This document shows positions 47,020 through 54,958 of a DNA stretch of 64,000 nucleotides, one piece after another. The notes under the pieces are model-generated. The model made no database searches. It was not told the origin of the DNA and saw nothing but the letters and a program-made list of their open reading frames with translations. The DNA lies in IMG/VR virus record IMGVR_UViG_3300041411_000080, positions 256,859 through 320,858 of that record; one strand, 5' to 3'. Position numbers and translations under genes: made by a program. The stretch's first letter is position 1; each line of letters starts with the position of its first letter.

Positions 47020-49362
47020 ATGAATTCGCTAGACCTTTTGATCCGTCGAATTAAAGACCGGATAACCGTTTCTAATGAAGATGCGGTTGATATAGTAAAG
47101 CAGTACTGGGATGACGCCGTAGATACAGTTAAGGGTTACTGGCAGGACGTTGACGAGGCGATCGTAGAAGAAACGGGCATTCCCCGAGCTTCTCTATCAC
47201 AGCTCTTAGACGACAACCGGCAAGCTCATAGCTATGCTAACGTTGGCGGTAACTCAGGGGTAGCCAGTTACGATCTTGGAGATGATTGGTTTCTAGTGAA
47301 CTTCACAACTGGTTCTCGATACCTCTACACCACCAAGTCTGCTACACGCGAACAGATTGAAGAAATGAAACGGTATGCTAATGATGGTAAAGGTCTGAAC
47401 TCCTACATCATGCGTACTCTTAAAACCAATTATGCTGGACGAAACGTTAAAGGAGAGATCCTCATTAAACCGGGGATGGAACATTACTCTCGCCATGCAT
47501 TTAAACGAATCGAACTATTAGAGGCATACCGAAGTACCATGAACACACAAGTCGTAAGTACTGAAGGGTTGATTGCCGATATTAAGAAATTCTTCGGAGT
47601 ATCGAACAAATCCGCTAGAAAACTCTTTATTGACAACACTTTCGGCTGGAGTGTAATAGAACACATTGAGCGCGATATCCTGAGACCAGAATGGTTGAAA
47701 GACCAAACCTACAACAAAGGTGAGGTTAGTGGTAAGAGCGTTCTGAAGTATATAGGTAAAAACGGTAAGGTTGATATCACTGGTGCAAATAAACAATTGG
47801 ATGCTTTCCTTGCGGCGCGCATACGAGTTAAGAAAGCTACCGATGACTGGCGCCGTAAAACTAAGCCAGTTGCCGATATACTGATGCAAAACGCTAGAAA
47901 GCTAACGCCTGAAGTCTATGCCAGTGCCAAAGCAGCCATGGATAAAATCCCAGTCGAGAAATATGACGTGAACTATCCAACTACCCCAGTGGTGGGTAAT
48001 GGTAAACGTCATGAGAATCCTAAGCGGGTAGATTTTGTTTACACACCAGTTGACCAGCCGATACCGGCACTCGATGAGGGTGAGGCTCTTAAATTAGCTG
48101 CGGATATCCAACGGTCGATTGACGAGTTTAAGAAAAACATGACGGGTGCACCAGATGAATGGCCCGATATCATGCATGCCATGGTTTATACCATGCAACC
48201 CAAGAACTACGGTGGTGTTCCTTACGACGATTGGAATTCTCTTATTTGGGATATCCTTAGCCCAGACACTAACGAGACAACTCACTATAGCGGCATGATC
48301 GCAAACCGACTGTACTGGGATGCAATCGTGGGGTTAGTTCGATATCTTGATGTATCAATCAAAGGGGACACTATTATTTCTGGTGAAAATTACACACCTT
48401 CGAATGTTAAAGAGGCTAATATGCATCGCACGCTGCTAAGATATAAAGACCAAATTAGTAAGGCCGGCCAAGACGGTCTTGATCCGGTGGCCAGACAGTT
48501 TATGTCGGTAGGTCTTGAGTCATTGGGTGGTGAACCATTGTCAACCCATGGTACCAATGCTCCAACCAATAGCTCTGAAGCGTTTAATGACCCAATGGTC
48601 CCCTCTATGGAAGACCTGCTTGGATCAATTAAGAAGTTCTTCACTAAAGGTAAGGACACCGCTATCTACGATACCGTAGGTAAAGGCTTCCTTCAAGATC
48701 TCGTGCACGAAGTGAAGAAGTATACCGATCCTAACTGGGTTAAGACCCTAGGTGTAGTAGAACCTCAGAAAGTAAGCGTGGATGGTGCTAACCTTATTGC
48801 CGATTTTGACAAAGTCGTTCCAGAGTTTATTAAAGCCTGTCAAGCCAACCGCGTGGAACACCACAAAGTGACCGAGCAAGCATTCAGTAACATGGAAACC
48901 GTGATGGACATGGTCAAACGTAAACAGCTTGATAACTCAACTAACGTTGAGAAAGCCATTACGATCATGAAAGCTACTCGTCAACTGAAAGCTCCTAAGG
49001 TAGAAGTACCTAAGGTGACTATGCAGAAAGGTGAAGTCAAGACCTTGAACGCTGAACAGATTGTTGATCACGCTAAGAAGGTACATGCCTTGTTCGATGT
49101 TCTGGGTGCCGATCTGACATTCGTTAAAAGGTGGAATGATAACTTCATTAACACCCATGCTTGGATGGATTGGAAGTACGTAGGTAAGTCCAACTACAGC
49201 GAGCTGTATCAACAAGTAAAAGATCCTAAGTTTACTGAACTGTATCAGAAGGCAATGGAAAATGTTTACGACATGCATCGTGTAGGCGTGGAGTTCCATA
49301 AACTACAGCCTTACATCATGGCCGTATTCCAACTGATTGAGAAATCGGTTAAAGACAAGTGA
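47020..49362 (+). CDS. multi-module internal head protein with N-terminal KTSC-like domain
   Basis: Start refined to MNSL after GGAG; SGVASYD...VNFTTGSRYLY...GKGLNSYI is KTSC-like; repeated S-x-E-(G/D)..IKKFF motifs. Confidence 0.65.
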   Translation: MNSLDLLIRRIKDRITVSNEDAVDIVKQYWDDAVDTVKGYWQDVDEAIVEETGIPRASLSQLLDDNRQAHSYANVGGNSGVASYDLGDDWFLVNFTTGSRYLYTTKSATREQIEEMKRYANDGKGLNSYIMRTLKTNYAGRNVKGEILIKPGMEHYSRHAFKRIELLEAYRSTMNTQVVSTEGLIADIKKFFGVSNKSARKLFIDNTFGWSVIEHIERDILRPEWLKDQTYNKGEVSGKSVLKYIGKNGKVDITGANKQLDAFLAARIRVKKATDDWRRKTKPVADILMQNARKLTPEVYASAKAAMDKIPVEKYDVNYPTTPVVGNGKRHENPKRVDFVYTPVDQPIPALDEGEALKLAADIQRSIDEFKKNMTGAPDEWPDIMHAMVYTMQPKNYGGVPYDDWNSLIWDILSPDTNETTHYSGMIANRLYWDAIVGLVRYLDVSIKGDTIISGENYTPSNVKEANMHRTLLRYKDQISKAGQDGLDPVARQFMSVGLESLGGEPLSTHGTNAPTNSSEAFNDPMVPSMEDLLGSIKKFFTKGKDTAIYDTVGKGFLQDLVHEVKKYTDPNWVKTLGVVEPQKVSVDGANLIADFDKVVPEFIKACQANRVEHHKVTEQAFSNMETVMDMVKRKQLDNSTNVEKAITIMKATRQLKAPKVEVPKVTMQKGEVKTLNAEQIVDHAKKVHALFDVLGADLTFVKRWNDNFINTHAWMDWKYVGKSNYSELYQQVKDPKFTELYQKAMENVYDMHRVGVEFHKLQPYIMAVFQLIEKSVKDK

Positions 49363-49456
49363 GGTTAGCATGTCTATCACTACCCTAACGAAATACAAAG
49401 ACCAAATTAGTAAGGCTGGTCAAGATGGTCTTGATCCAGTGGCATGTCAGTTCATG
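48444..49456 (+). repeat. duplicated segment of about 60 bp encoding YKDQISKAGQDGLDPVA.QFM
   Basis: 48445-48503 versus 49397-49455; mostly synonymous differences. Confidence 0.85.
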
Positions 49457-50359
49457 CAAGCTGGTTTGGAGTCAATGTGTAATGTGTTGACAACATCATT
49501 GGAACATCAGGATGACAGTACCGCTACGCAGCGACTAGAAGCGATCGTTGACAAACAACTGGTGTCTAATGAAGGCATCTTCGATAACATCAAGAAATTG
49601 TTTGGCGGTAAACCAAAGCCTAAGGACGATGGTCCTGTTCCAGAAGCAGCTATCGAAATTAGTTCTGTCGATAAAGCTGAAGCATTTGTTAAGTCTACAG
49701 ATACTGAAATCCCAGCCAAGACGGTAAGTAAAGGTTATAGTGCCTTGTTCCTTAAAGGCGGTAACTATAATCCTAATTGGCTTAAAGACCTAACCAAGGA
49801 TTTGACTGAGTATGAGAAACTCATCCGCGCAACCGTTAACTATGAAAAGGTAATGAAGCGTTGGCACGACAAATATAAATCGCAGCTGGACAACTTCGTT
49901 GGTGACACTGAGCGTCAACCAGAATTCCTGGCCGTACTTAAACAATACGTGAAAGATCAACCCAAGCCATGGATCGAACTTTATCCATCAAATCACGACT
50001 ACCTGATCTTCGGTAAACAGTTGGACGATGGTGAGGACTTCGATCGGGATGTTCCTGGGTCCGCTGGAACCACCGCCGTAGATATTCCAGAACAATCAGC
50101 TACCCAAGTAAGGCAGGTCGTTAACAAAGTTGTGACGGTTTACAATGATCTTTACAACGTGATCTACGATATGGGTTACTATGGTGCAGACTTCACCGAT
50201 GCTCCTTTCCGTGGCTATGCGTTCGATGAGGAAGTGGTCGAGGAACTTAATAAGCTTCGCATTCACGCACATGCTAACAATAACCCAGTTGATTGCGCCA
50301 GTTCGATCGATAGTCGCCTGAGTACTATTCTCTCGTGCTTAGGTAACTATGTGAGTTAA
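49370..50359 (+). CDS. internal head protein paralog
   Basis: Start refined to MSITT after GAGG; propeptide-like N-terminus and VSNEGIFDNIKKLFG. Confidence 0.7.
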   Translation: MSITTLTKYKDQISKAGQDGLDPVACQFMQAGLESMCNVLTTSLEHQDDSTATQRLEAIVDKQLVSNEGIFDNIKKLFGGKPKPKDDGPVPEAAIEISSVDKAEAFVKSTDTEIPAKTVSKGYSALFLKGGNYNPNWLKDLTKDLTEYEKLIRATVNYEKVMKRWHDKYKSQLDNFVGDTERQPEFLAVLKQYVKDQPKPWIELYPSNHDYLIFGKQLDDGEDFDRDVPGSAGTTAVDIPEQSATQVRQVVNKVVTVYNDLYNVIYDMGYYGADFTDAPFRGYAFDEEVVEELNKLRIHAHANNNPVDCASSIDSRLSTILSCLGNYVS

Positions 50360-50364
50360 CTTAA

Positions 50365-50392
50365 CGCCTCCCTTCGGGGAGGCTTTATGTCG
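50365..50392 (+). terminator. terminator
   Basis: GCCTCCC-UUCG-GGGAGGC then TTTATGTCG. Confidence 0.85.
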
Positions 50393-50479
50393 TCAAGGAT
50401 TACTGACCTGTGAAATCGTACGTAGCAATCCCGCTACATTAACTGATACCAAATCCCATTGGGGAACAGGATACAGAAA

Positions 50480-51334
50480 ATGATGAAGCTAAAAGAAGCA
50501 GAACCCGTTGACGAAGTTGTACACTATAACCCACACCACCTGATCGAAGGTGATGCTGCGGAATATGATCCGAACTCTAAAGCTCGGAACGCGGGTCAAT
50601 ATAAATACCAACTGCTTGATGCACTATACCACTACTTCGATCCAGAGCCACACGGCGATAATGACGATCCAAAACCAGATACTGAAGGTGAGAGACCAGA
50701 CTCATTGGTAGGTCACTCGGAAGCTATCGCAAAACTATTGGGCGGTGGGTTCTACCTAGACGCAGGTGATGATCCGCTGAATGCGTGTGCCCTCAGAACA
50801 GAAGTAGGTTTTACTCAGTTTCGAGATAGTACCACATTTATTGGTGGTGAGATCACCCGTGGACACCTACCTCAAATCCGACGTTGGTGCTACGCTCATC
50901 TCGGTAATGCCATTTATCTCGATGCAACTGGTTATTCGGATGAATGGGAAGTAGGTAAAGAGCAATCAGCATTTGAACAATTGATGTCTCTAGCTGGTCG
51001 TACCAAGGAAGTCATTGACGATGGGATCTGCAAGAACTGGCCAACGAATTCCAAAGCTGTGATGAACTTCATCAATGCTAACCAGACTGATCCGATCTAC
51101 AGTATCAACCGCATCTACGAAGAGAGTGAACAGGTCGAAACGAAATGGCTTATCGAAGGGCGGTTCTTGGCAGAAGAACTAATCAAGATCCCAGGGTTCC
51201 AACAGAACTTTAACAAGCTGGTTATCTTCGGCGCGATGCGTTATATCCTCGCAGGTGAGATAAACCTGAACAAGCTCTACCGCTTGATGGCTAAGCTTGG
51301 CCGTATCAATACCAAACTTTACTTCGTAGGTTAA
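50480..51334 (+). CDS. hypothetical protein
   Basis: Start refined to MMKL after AGGA. Confidence 0.75.
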   Translation: MMKLKEAEPVDEVVHYNPHHLIEGDAAEYDPNSKARNAGQYKYQLLDALYHYFDPEPHGDNDDPKPDTEGERPDSLVGHSEAIAKLLGGGFYLDAGDDPLNACALRTEVGFTQFRDSTTFIGGEITRGHLPQIRRWCYAHLGNAIYLDATGYSDEWEVGKEQSAFEQLMSLAGRTKEVIDDGICKNWPTNSKAVMNFINANQTDPIYSINRIYEESEQVETKWLIEGRFLAEELIKIPGFQQNFNKLVIFGAMRYILAGEINLNKLYRLMAKLGRINTKLYFVG

Positions 51335-51336
51335 TC

Positions 51337-51597
51337 ATGATCCCAGTATTGGACTTAAAGAAACTTCGCGCAGCTGTTGAGAACCAATCTCCAGAAGAGC
51401 GTCGACGTAATCGACAACAGTCGCAAGAACTACTCAAAGCTGCTATTCGCTCGATTGATGAGTGCAAGCGAATCTGTGAAGAGAAAGGCATCCCCTACGT
51501 ACCTTGCGTAGCTGCTGATCCATACGGGTCAACTTACTTCACTGGTGCAACTCGTCGACCAACTCAGGTTCGACTAGGCGATATCTGGAATAAGTGA
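51337..51597 (+). CDS. hypothetical protein
   Basis: 86 aa in an operon. Confidence 0.7.
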   Translation: MIPVLDLKKLRAAVENQSPEERRRNRQQSQELLKAAIRSIDECKRICEEKGIPYVPCVAADPYGSTYFTGATRRPTQVRLGDIWNK

Positions 51598-51599
51598 TA

Positions 51600-51632
51600 A
51601 TAGCCCCTACCTTCGGGTAGGGGCTTATGTCG
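51600..51632 (+). terminator. terminator
   Basis: AGCCCCTACC-UUCG-GGTAGGGGCT then TATGTCG. Confidence 0.85.
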
Positions 51633-51664
51633 CAATGTTATAGACTTTCAAACTGGTGAGTGTT

Positions 51665-52306
51665 ATGATCGAACTATTAATAGTTGAGGAAAAGATAGTA
51701 ACTGGTCCTATTCCAGGTACTCCCACGCTTTTAGCGGGTAACGATCAACTAGGTTGGTATGGTGAAGTGCCAGTAACAGATTTTATAAATGGTCCAGATC
51801 TAGCTACACGCGTGGGTCTAACTTTGGGTACTAGTCAAAACCCAACCGGAGCATGGCTAAAGTTTGCCTATCAAGGTAAAATACTTTTTATTGCTAAGCA
51901 AACATATCGCCACTCTATATCGATGGATGCTTTCCTCAATGCACAGATTGCAACTGGCAATAGAACTGTAACCATAGGTGGTCGAACCTACCGGATAAGA
52001 TTGATGACCGGTACTGACGGTGCAGGTGAACTGGTAACCGGTGGGGAATGGAATGCACTGATGTATCGCGTAGCTGCCGGTACACAAATTCCCGCTGAAG
52101 ATAAGTGGGCGAACTACACCACATCTGAAATGAGTTATGGTTCAGGCGGCAATGGCTATATTACCTGGTGTCGTGAAGTTAGAGCCTCAGCAGGCGCTAT
52201 ATACGCCACACGTGGTAACGGCAGTATAACAGCCATCCATGGCTATACCAAAGCCACCGCATCTTTTCAATATGGTTGGCGACCAGTACTTGAGTTAGTT
52301 CCATGA
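51665..52306 (+). CDS. putative virion protein, GWRPVLE family
   Basis: MIELL start; GWYGEV..DFI; WLKF; EWN.L.Y; YGWRPVLELVP. Confidence 0.7.
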   Translation: MIELLIVEEKIVTGPIPGTPTLLAGNDQLGWYGEVPVTDFINGPDLATRVGLTLGTSQNPTGAWLKFAYQGKILFIAKQTYRHSISMDAFLNAQIATGNRTVTIGGRTYRIRLMTGTDGAGELVTGGEWNALMYRVAAGTQIPAEDKWANYTTSEMSYGSGGNGYITWCREVRASAGAIYATRGNGSITAIHGYTKATASFQYGWRPVLELVP

Positions 52307-52313
52307 GGTTACT

Positions 52314-53021
52314 ATGATTGAATTAATGTTAACGGTCCCTAAGCCAGTGGTCAACCCTTGGCCGGCAGGTATCCCTGGACCGCAGACCATAGCTACAGGT
52401 GATCAGAATATCGGTTTCTTTGGTGAAGTGTCGGGTACTGATTTTATTACTTACCCTGATCTACAAACCGCAGTTGGCTTTACAACTGGCAACGCGATGA
52501 ACCCGACTGGTGGATGGCTAAAACTAGCTTATAAAGGGAACGTCCAGTTCATCTCTAAACTTAGTGTTAGGAACAACGTTTCTTGGGCAGCTATGAATAC
52601 GCTGGGTATTGTATCAGCCGCTCAGAATAAATTGATTACTATTAAAGGTAAGGTTTACCGTCTACGCCTGATAAATGGTGTCAATGTCGACCCGTATCCA
52701 GTTAACGCCGATGATGCCACTGGTGGACCATACACAACTGGTACTGAATGGAACCATCTTATCTATGGATTGCTATCAACCGCAGTTGGTGCACAGAACC
52801 TAGAGGGTCCGGCGTTGGCCACCTACGGTACTACTGATTTGGGACTGTCTCCATTTGGCAACGGTACGAGTATCCTTGTTAAGGAACTGGGTCCGGGTCC
52901 AGTGTCTATGGTTCGTGGTAACGCTAGTGGTGCTGTGCGTGGACTTTATCGTTATGCAGCGCTAGCTAACGCGGATACGATCCGTGGATGGAAACCTGTG
53001 CTGGAATACGTCAGCGGTTAA
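52314..53021 (+). CDS. putative virion protein, GWRPVLE family
   Basis: MIELM start; GFFGEV..DFI; WLKL; EWN.L.Y; GWKPVLEYV. Confidence 0.7.
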   Translation: MIELMLTVPKPVVNPWPAGIPGPQTIATGDQNIGFFGEVSGTDFITYPDLQTAVGFTTGNAMNPTGGWLKLAYKGNVQFISKLSVRNNVSWAAMNTLGIVSAAQNKLITIKGKVYRLRLINGVNVDPYPVNADDATGGPYTTGTEWNHLIYGLLSTAVGAQNLEGPALATYGTTDLGLSPFGNGTSILVKELGPGPVSMVRGNASGAVRGLYRYAALANADTIRGWKPVLEYVSG

Positions 53022-53024
53022 ATA

Positions 53025-53047
53025 ATACTTTTGTTGCAATAGTATGT
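53025..53047 (+). promoter_or_regulatory. ATACT-N9-ATAGTATG promoter-like element of the tRNA cluster
   Basis: Same signature as 45018, 56179 and 63245. Confidence 0.6.
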
Positions 53048-53120
53048 AGGACTATGAATCCTCAACGATTTCAGGAAGTTAGTAGATTGCTTAAATGTGA
53101 TTAAAAGCTTCCGCTTATTT

Positions 53121-53207
53121 GGAGAGGTTCCCGAGCGGCTCAAAGGGACCAGACTGTAAATCTGGCGTCTATCGACTTCCAAGGTTCAAATCCTTGTCTC
53201 TCCACCA
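53121..53207 (+). tRNA. tRNA-Tyr (GTA)
   Basis: GGAGAGG/TCTCTCC acceptor, CCAGA-CT-GTA-AA-TCTGG, long variable arm, GTTCAAATC, encoded CCA. Confidence 0.96.
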
Positions 53208-53225
53208 AATACAGAGGTGTTTGAT

Positions 53226-53390
53226 ATGAAGGTTAAAATTAATCCCCGCCCATTAGTCAACCATGGTCCAGCTGATTGTCGCTGTTGCTCACGGTTGAAC
53301 TGGAAGGATCTTAAACTTGATAAGCAAATTCTCAAAGAAGCTGTAAACGATGCTGACTACGCCCTCAGCAAACGTGAACAGCGTGCATAG
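53226..53390 (+). CDS. 54 aa protein inside the tRNA cluster
   Basis: GAGGTG SD; MKVKINPRPLVNHGPADCRCCSRLNW...QRA. Confidence 0.6.
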   Translation: MKVKINPRPLVNHGPADCRCCSRLNWKDLKLDKQILKEAVNDADYALSKREQRA

Positions 53391-53474
53391 TTACATGATT
53401 CTTGCAGCGGCTGCGCCTGAGTAAATGCTGTCTTAACTTAACGTTACGGCGTTAGGAGAATCACCCAGTTACAT

Positions 53475-53550
53475 TCCATGATAGCTCAGTTGGTAGAGCC
53501 CACCGCTGTTAACGGTGTTGTCCCTGGTTCGAGTCCAGGTCATGGAGCCA
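53475..53550 (+). tRNA. tRNA-Asn (GTT)
   Basis: TCCATGA/TCATGGA acceptor, CACCG-CT-GTT-AA-CGGTG, GTTCGAGTC, CCA. Confidence 0.96.
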
Positions 53551-53554
53551 ATTT

Positions 53555-53580
53555 AAAAGAGAACTTCGGTTCTCTTTTAT
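53555..53580 (+). terminator. UUCG hairpin between tRNAs (terminator or processing signal)
   Basis: AAAAGAGAAC-TTCG-GTTCTCTTTT. Confidence 0.65.
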
Positions 53581-53590
53581 TCAGTGTTAC

Positions 53591-53666
53591 ACATGCCTAG
53601 CTCAATTGGCAGAGCAGCTGCCTCCAAAGCAGTTGGTTCCAAGTTCGATTCTTGGGGTGTGTGCCA
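53591..53666 (+). tRNA. tRNA-Trp (CCA)
   Basis: ACATGCC/GGTGTGT acceptor with two G.U pairs, GCTGC-CT-CCA-AA-GCAGT, GTTCGATTC, CCA. Confidence 0.92.
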
Positions 53667-53668
53667 AA

Positions 53669-53766
53669 TTGAATGTAATGTAGAACTCGGGTTCAACTCC
53701 TGAGATTTGGACGGCCCGCCTAACAGGGCTATTAGCTTAAGCTGGTTAAAGCGGCATTACATTCGA
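53669..53766 (+). ncRNA. circularly permuted tRNA mimic (YrlA/Y-RNA-like topology)
   Basis: 13-bp terminal stem, T-arm, closed acceptor-like hairpin and D-arm, in that order; no anticodon loop. Confidence 0.75.
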
Positions 53767-53787
53767 CTTAATCCCTGTGCACGGGGA

Positions 53788-53895
53788 TACAATGTTCATG
53801 TGGATTACGATAGTGTGAGCGCCTCGTAAGCGTGAGAAGACCCTAGGCCTCAGGACAGAGGGAAAAGACCCGTAGCCACCGGAGAGAACATTGTA
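53788..53895 (+). ncRNA. unknown structured RNA
   Basis: Perfect 10-bp TACAATGTTC/GAACATTGTA closing stem continued by GTGG/CCAC and TACG/CGTA. Confidence 0.5.
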
Positions 53896-53958
53896 GTGCG
53901 TATACTTGGACGTCCCTCCATCGAACTGAAGCGTAGTTGGGAAACCAGTGTGATATTT

Positions 53959-53986
53959 GAGAGTCCTTCGGGACTCTCTTATGTCG
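53959..53986 (+). terminator. terminator of the tRNA/ncRNA cluster
   Basis: GAGAGTCC-UUCG-GGACTCTC then TTATGTCG. Confidence 0.85.
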
Positions 53987-54038
53987 TCTCAAGGATTACC
54001 AGACGGTATAGATGTATAGTTAACTAATCGAGGTGAGT

Positions 54039-54209
54039 ATGATTACAGATAACCTGTTCGATAAAATCCTAGCTCAGATCGCCCCAACTCGGGAAGAACG
54101 CCTAGCTCAGGCAGCTGACCGTAGTCGAGTAATCAACGAGCGTCTAGCTAAACAACACGAAGCACAGCGAGTAACTCCCGAGCTATTAGCCAAGCGGTGT
54201 ACGCTATGA
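54039..54209 (+). CDS. 56 aa hypothetical protein
   Basis: Manual translation MITDNLFDK...KRCTL; GAGGTG SD; ATGA overlap with the next gene. Confidence 0.65.
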   Translation: MITDNLFDKILAQIAPTREERLAQAADRSRVINERLAKQHEAQRVTPELLAKRCTL

Positions 54210-54442
54210 ATCTATTCAGCTTACTGGGTGTGACCAAAGACGAAGTTGCAAAAATTACATCTAAGCGTTTGAACGCAATGCGGGAAATATTGACTAAGTC
54301 CAATAAAGGTTACGTTAGCCACTCACGTGTAGATCAAGAGACCTGTCCACACTCCGAGTGGGCTCCCGAAACGAAAGAAAACAACTGGCGCAGCTTCTGC
54401 CTTAAATGTGGCGTTAAAGCTCAGGGTAGTTGCCAAGCGTAA
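54206..54442 (+). CDS. small protein with C-x-H...CxxC
   Basis: Start refined to MNLFSL; probable Zn site. Confidence 0.65.
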   Translation: MNLFSLLGVTKDEVAKITSKRLNAMREILTKSNKGYVSHSRVDQETCPHSEWAPETKENNWRSFCLKCGVKAQGSCQA

Positions 54443-54459
54443 TCCAAGGAATATTCAAT

Positions 54460-54717
54460 ATGTGCCAACCATGCTGTGATAACACGTACCAGAAATACAT
54501 TACCGAAACCGGTGATGTGACAGAGACTTTCCTCCAACAGAACTACGGCGATAATGCTAAAGTGGTTGCAGTTGAAGATACTACCTCCGAATTAGGTAAA
54601 TGGATCTATAGTCGTGAACAACGTTATCCGGTCTACCATCACGTCGAGGTAGGTACAGCTAAAAGAAAGATCTGTATGTGCGATTGCCATAAAGTCGGAT
54701 CTAATATAATGCATTGA
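54460..54717 (+). CDS. small Cys-rich protein
   Basis: MCQPCC...CMCDCH; AAGGA SD. Confidence 0.7.
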   Translation: MCQPCCDNTYQKYITETGDVTETFLQQNYGDNAKVVAVEDTTSELGKWIYSREQRYPVYHHVEVGTAKRKICMCDCHKVGSNIMH

Positions 54718-54724
54718 GGCGAGT

Positions 54725-54958
54725 ATGCAAGATTATCATCGGACAATGGACCGTATCATAGCACGTGAGTTTCCTAGGCTATCGTCTAAGAAGCGCGTTT
54801 ATATTCGGCACCGTGTTTGTCGCTACATCAAGAATTTCAAGAATGATAACTACCACGTAGTAATCGGTGCTAATCCAGTATCTGCTGGACACTACACCAA
54901 CGACGATATCATCTACGTCGGTTCAACTAAAATCTACATCAGCATATTGGTGGACTAA
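54725..54958 (+). CDS. hypothetical protein
   Basis: 77 aa; GAGG SD. Confidence 0.65.
   Translation: MQDYHRTMDRIIAREFPRLSSKKRVYIRHRVCRYIKNFKNDNYHVVIGANPVSAGHYTNDDIIYVGSTKIYISILVD

Noticed and set aside
45694-53021. Diversity-generating retroelement acting on the GWRPVLE genes
   Set aside because: No reverse transcriptase and no near-identical template repeat with adenine-only differences in the window.
53057-53107. 16-codon ORF MNPQRFQEVSRLLKCD in the tRNA operon leader
   Set aside because: The SD-like AGGA is only 2 nt from the ATG and sits in a hairpin; more likely non-coding leader.
53591-53666. Suppressor tRNA or stop-codon reassignment
   Set aside because: The anticodon is CCA (normal Trp); TAA, TAG and TGA all end genes here and conserved genes are uninterrupted in the standard code.
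53396-53957. Hammerhead, twister or HDV-like (theta) ribozyme next to the tRNAs
   Set aside because: I could not assemble the conserved catalytic cores by eye, so these are left as unknown structured RNAs.
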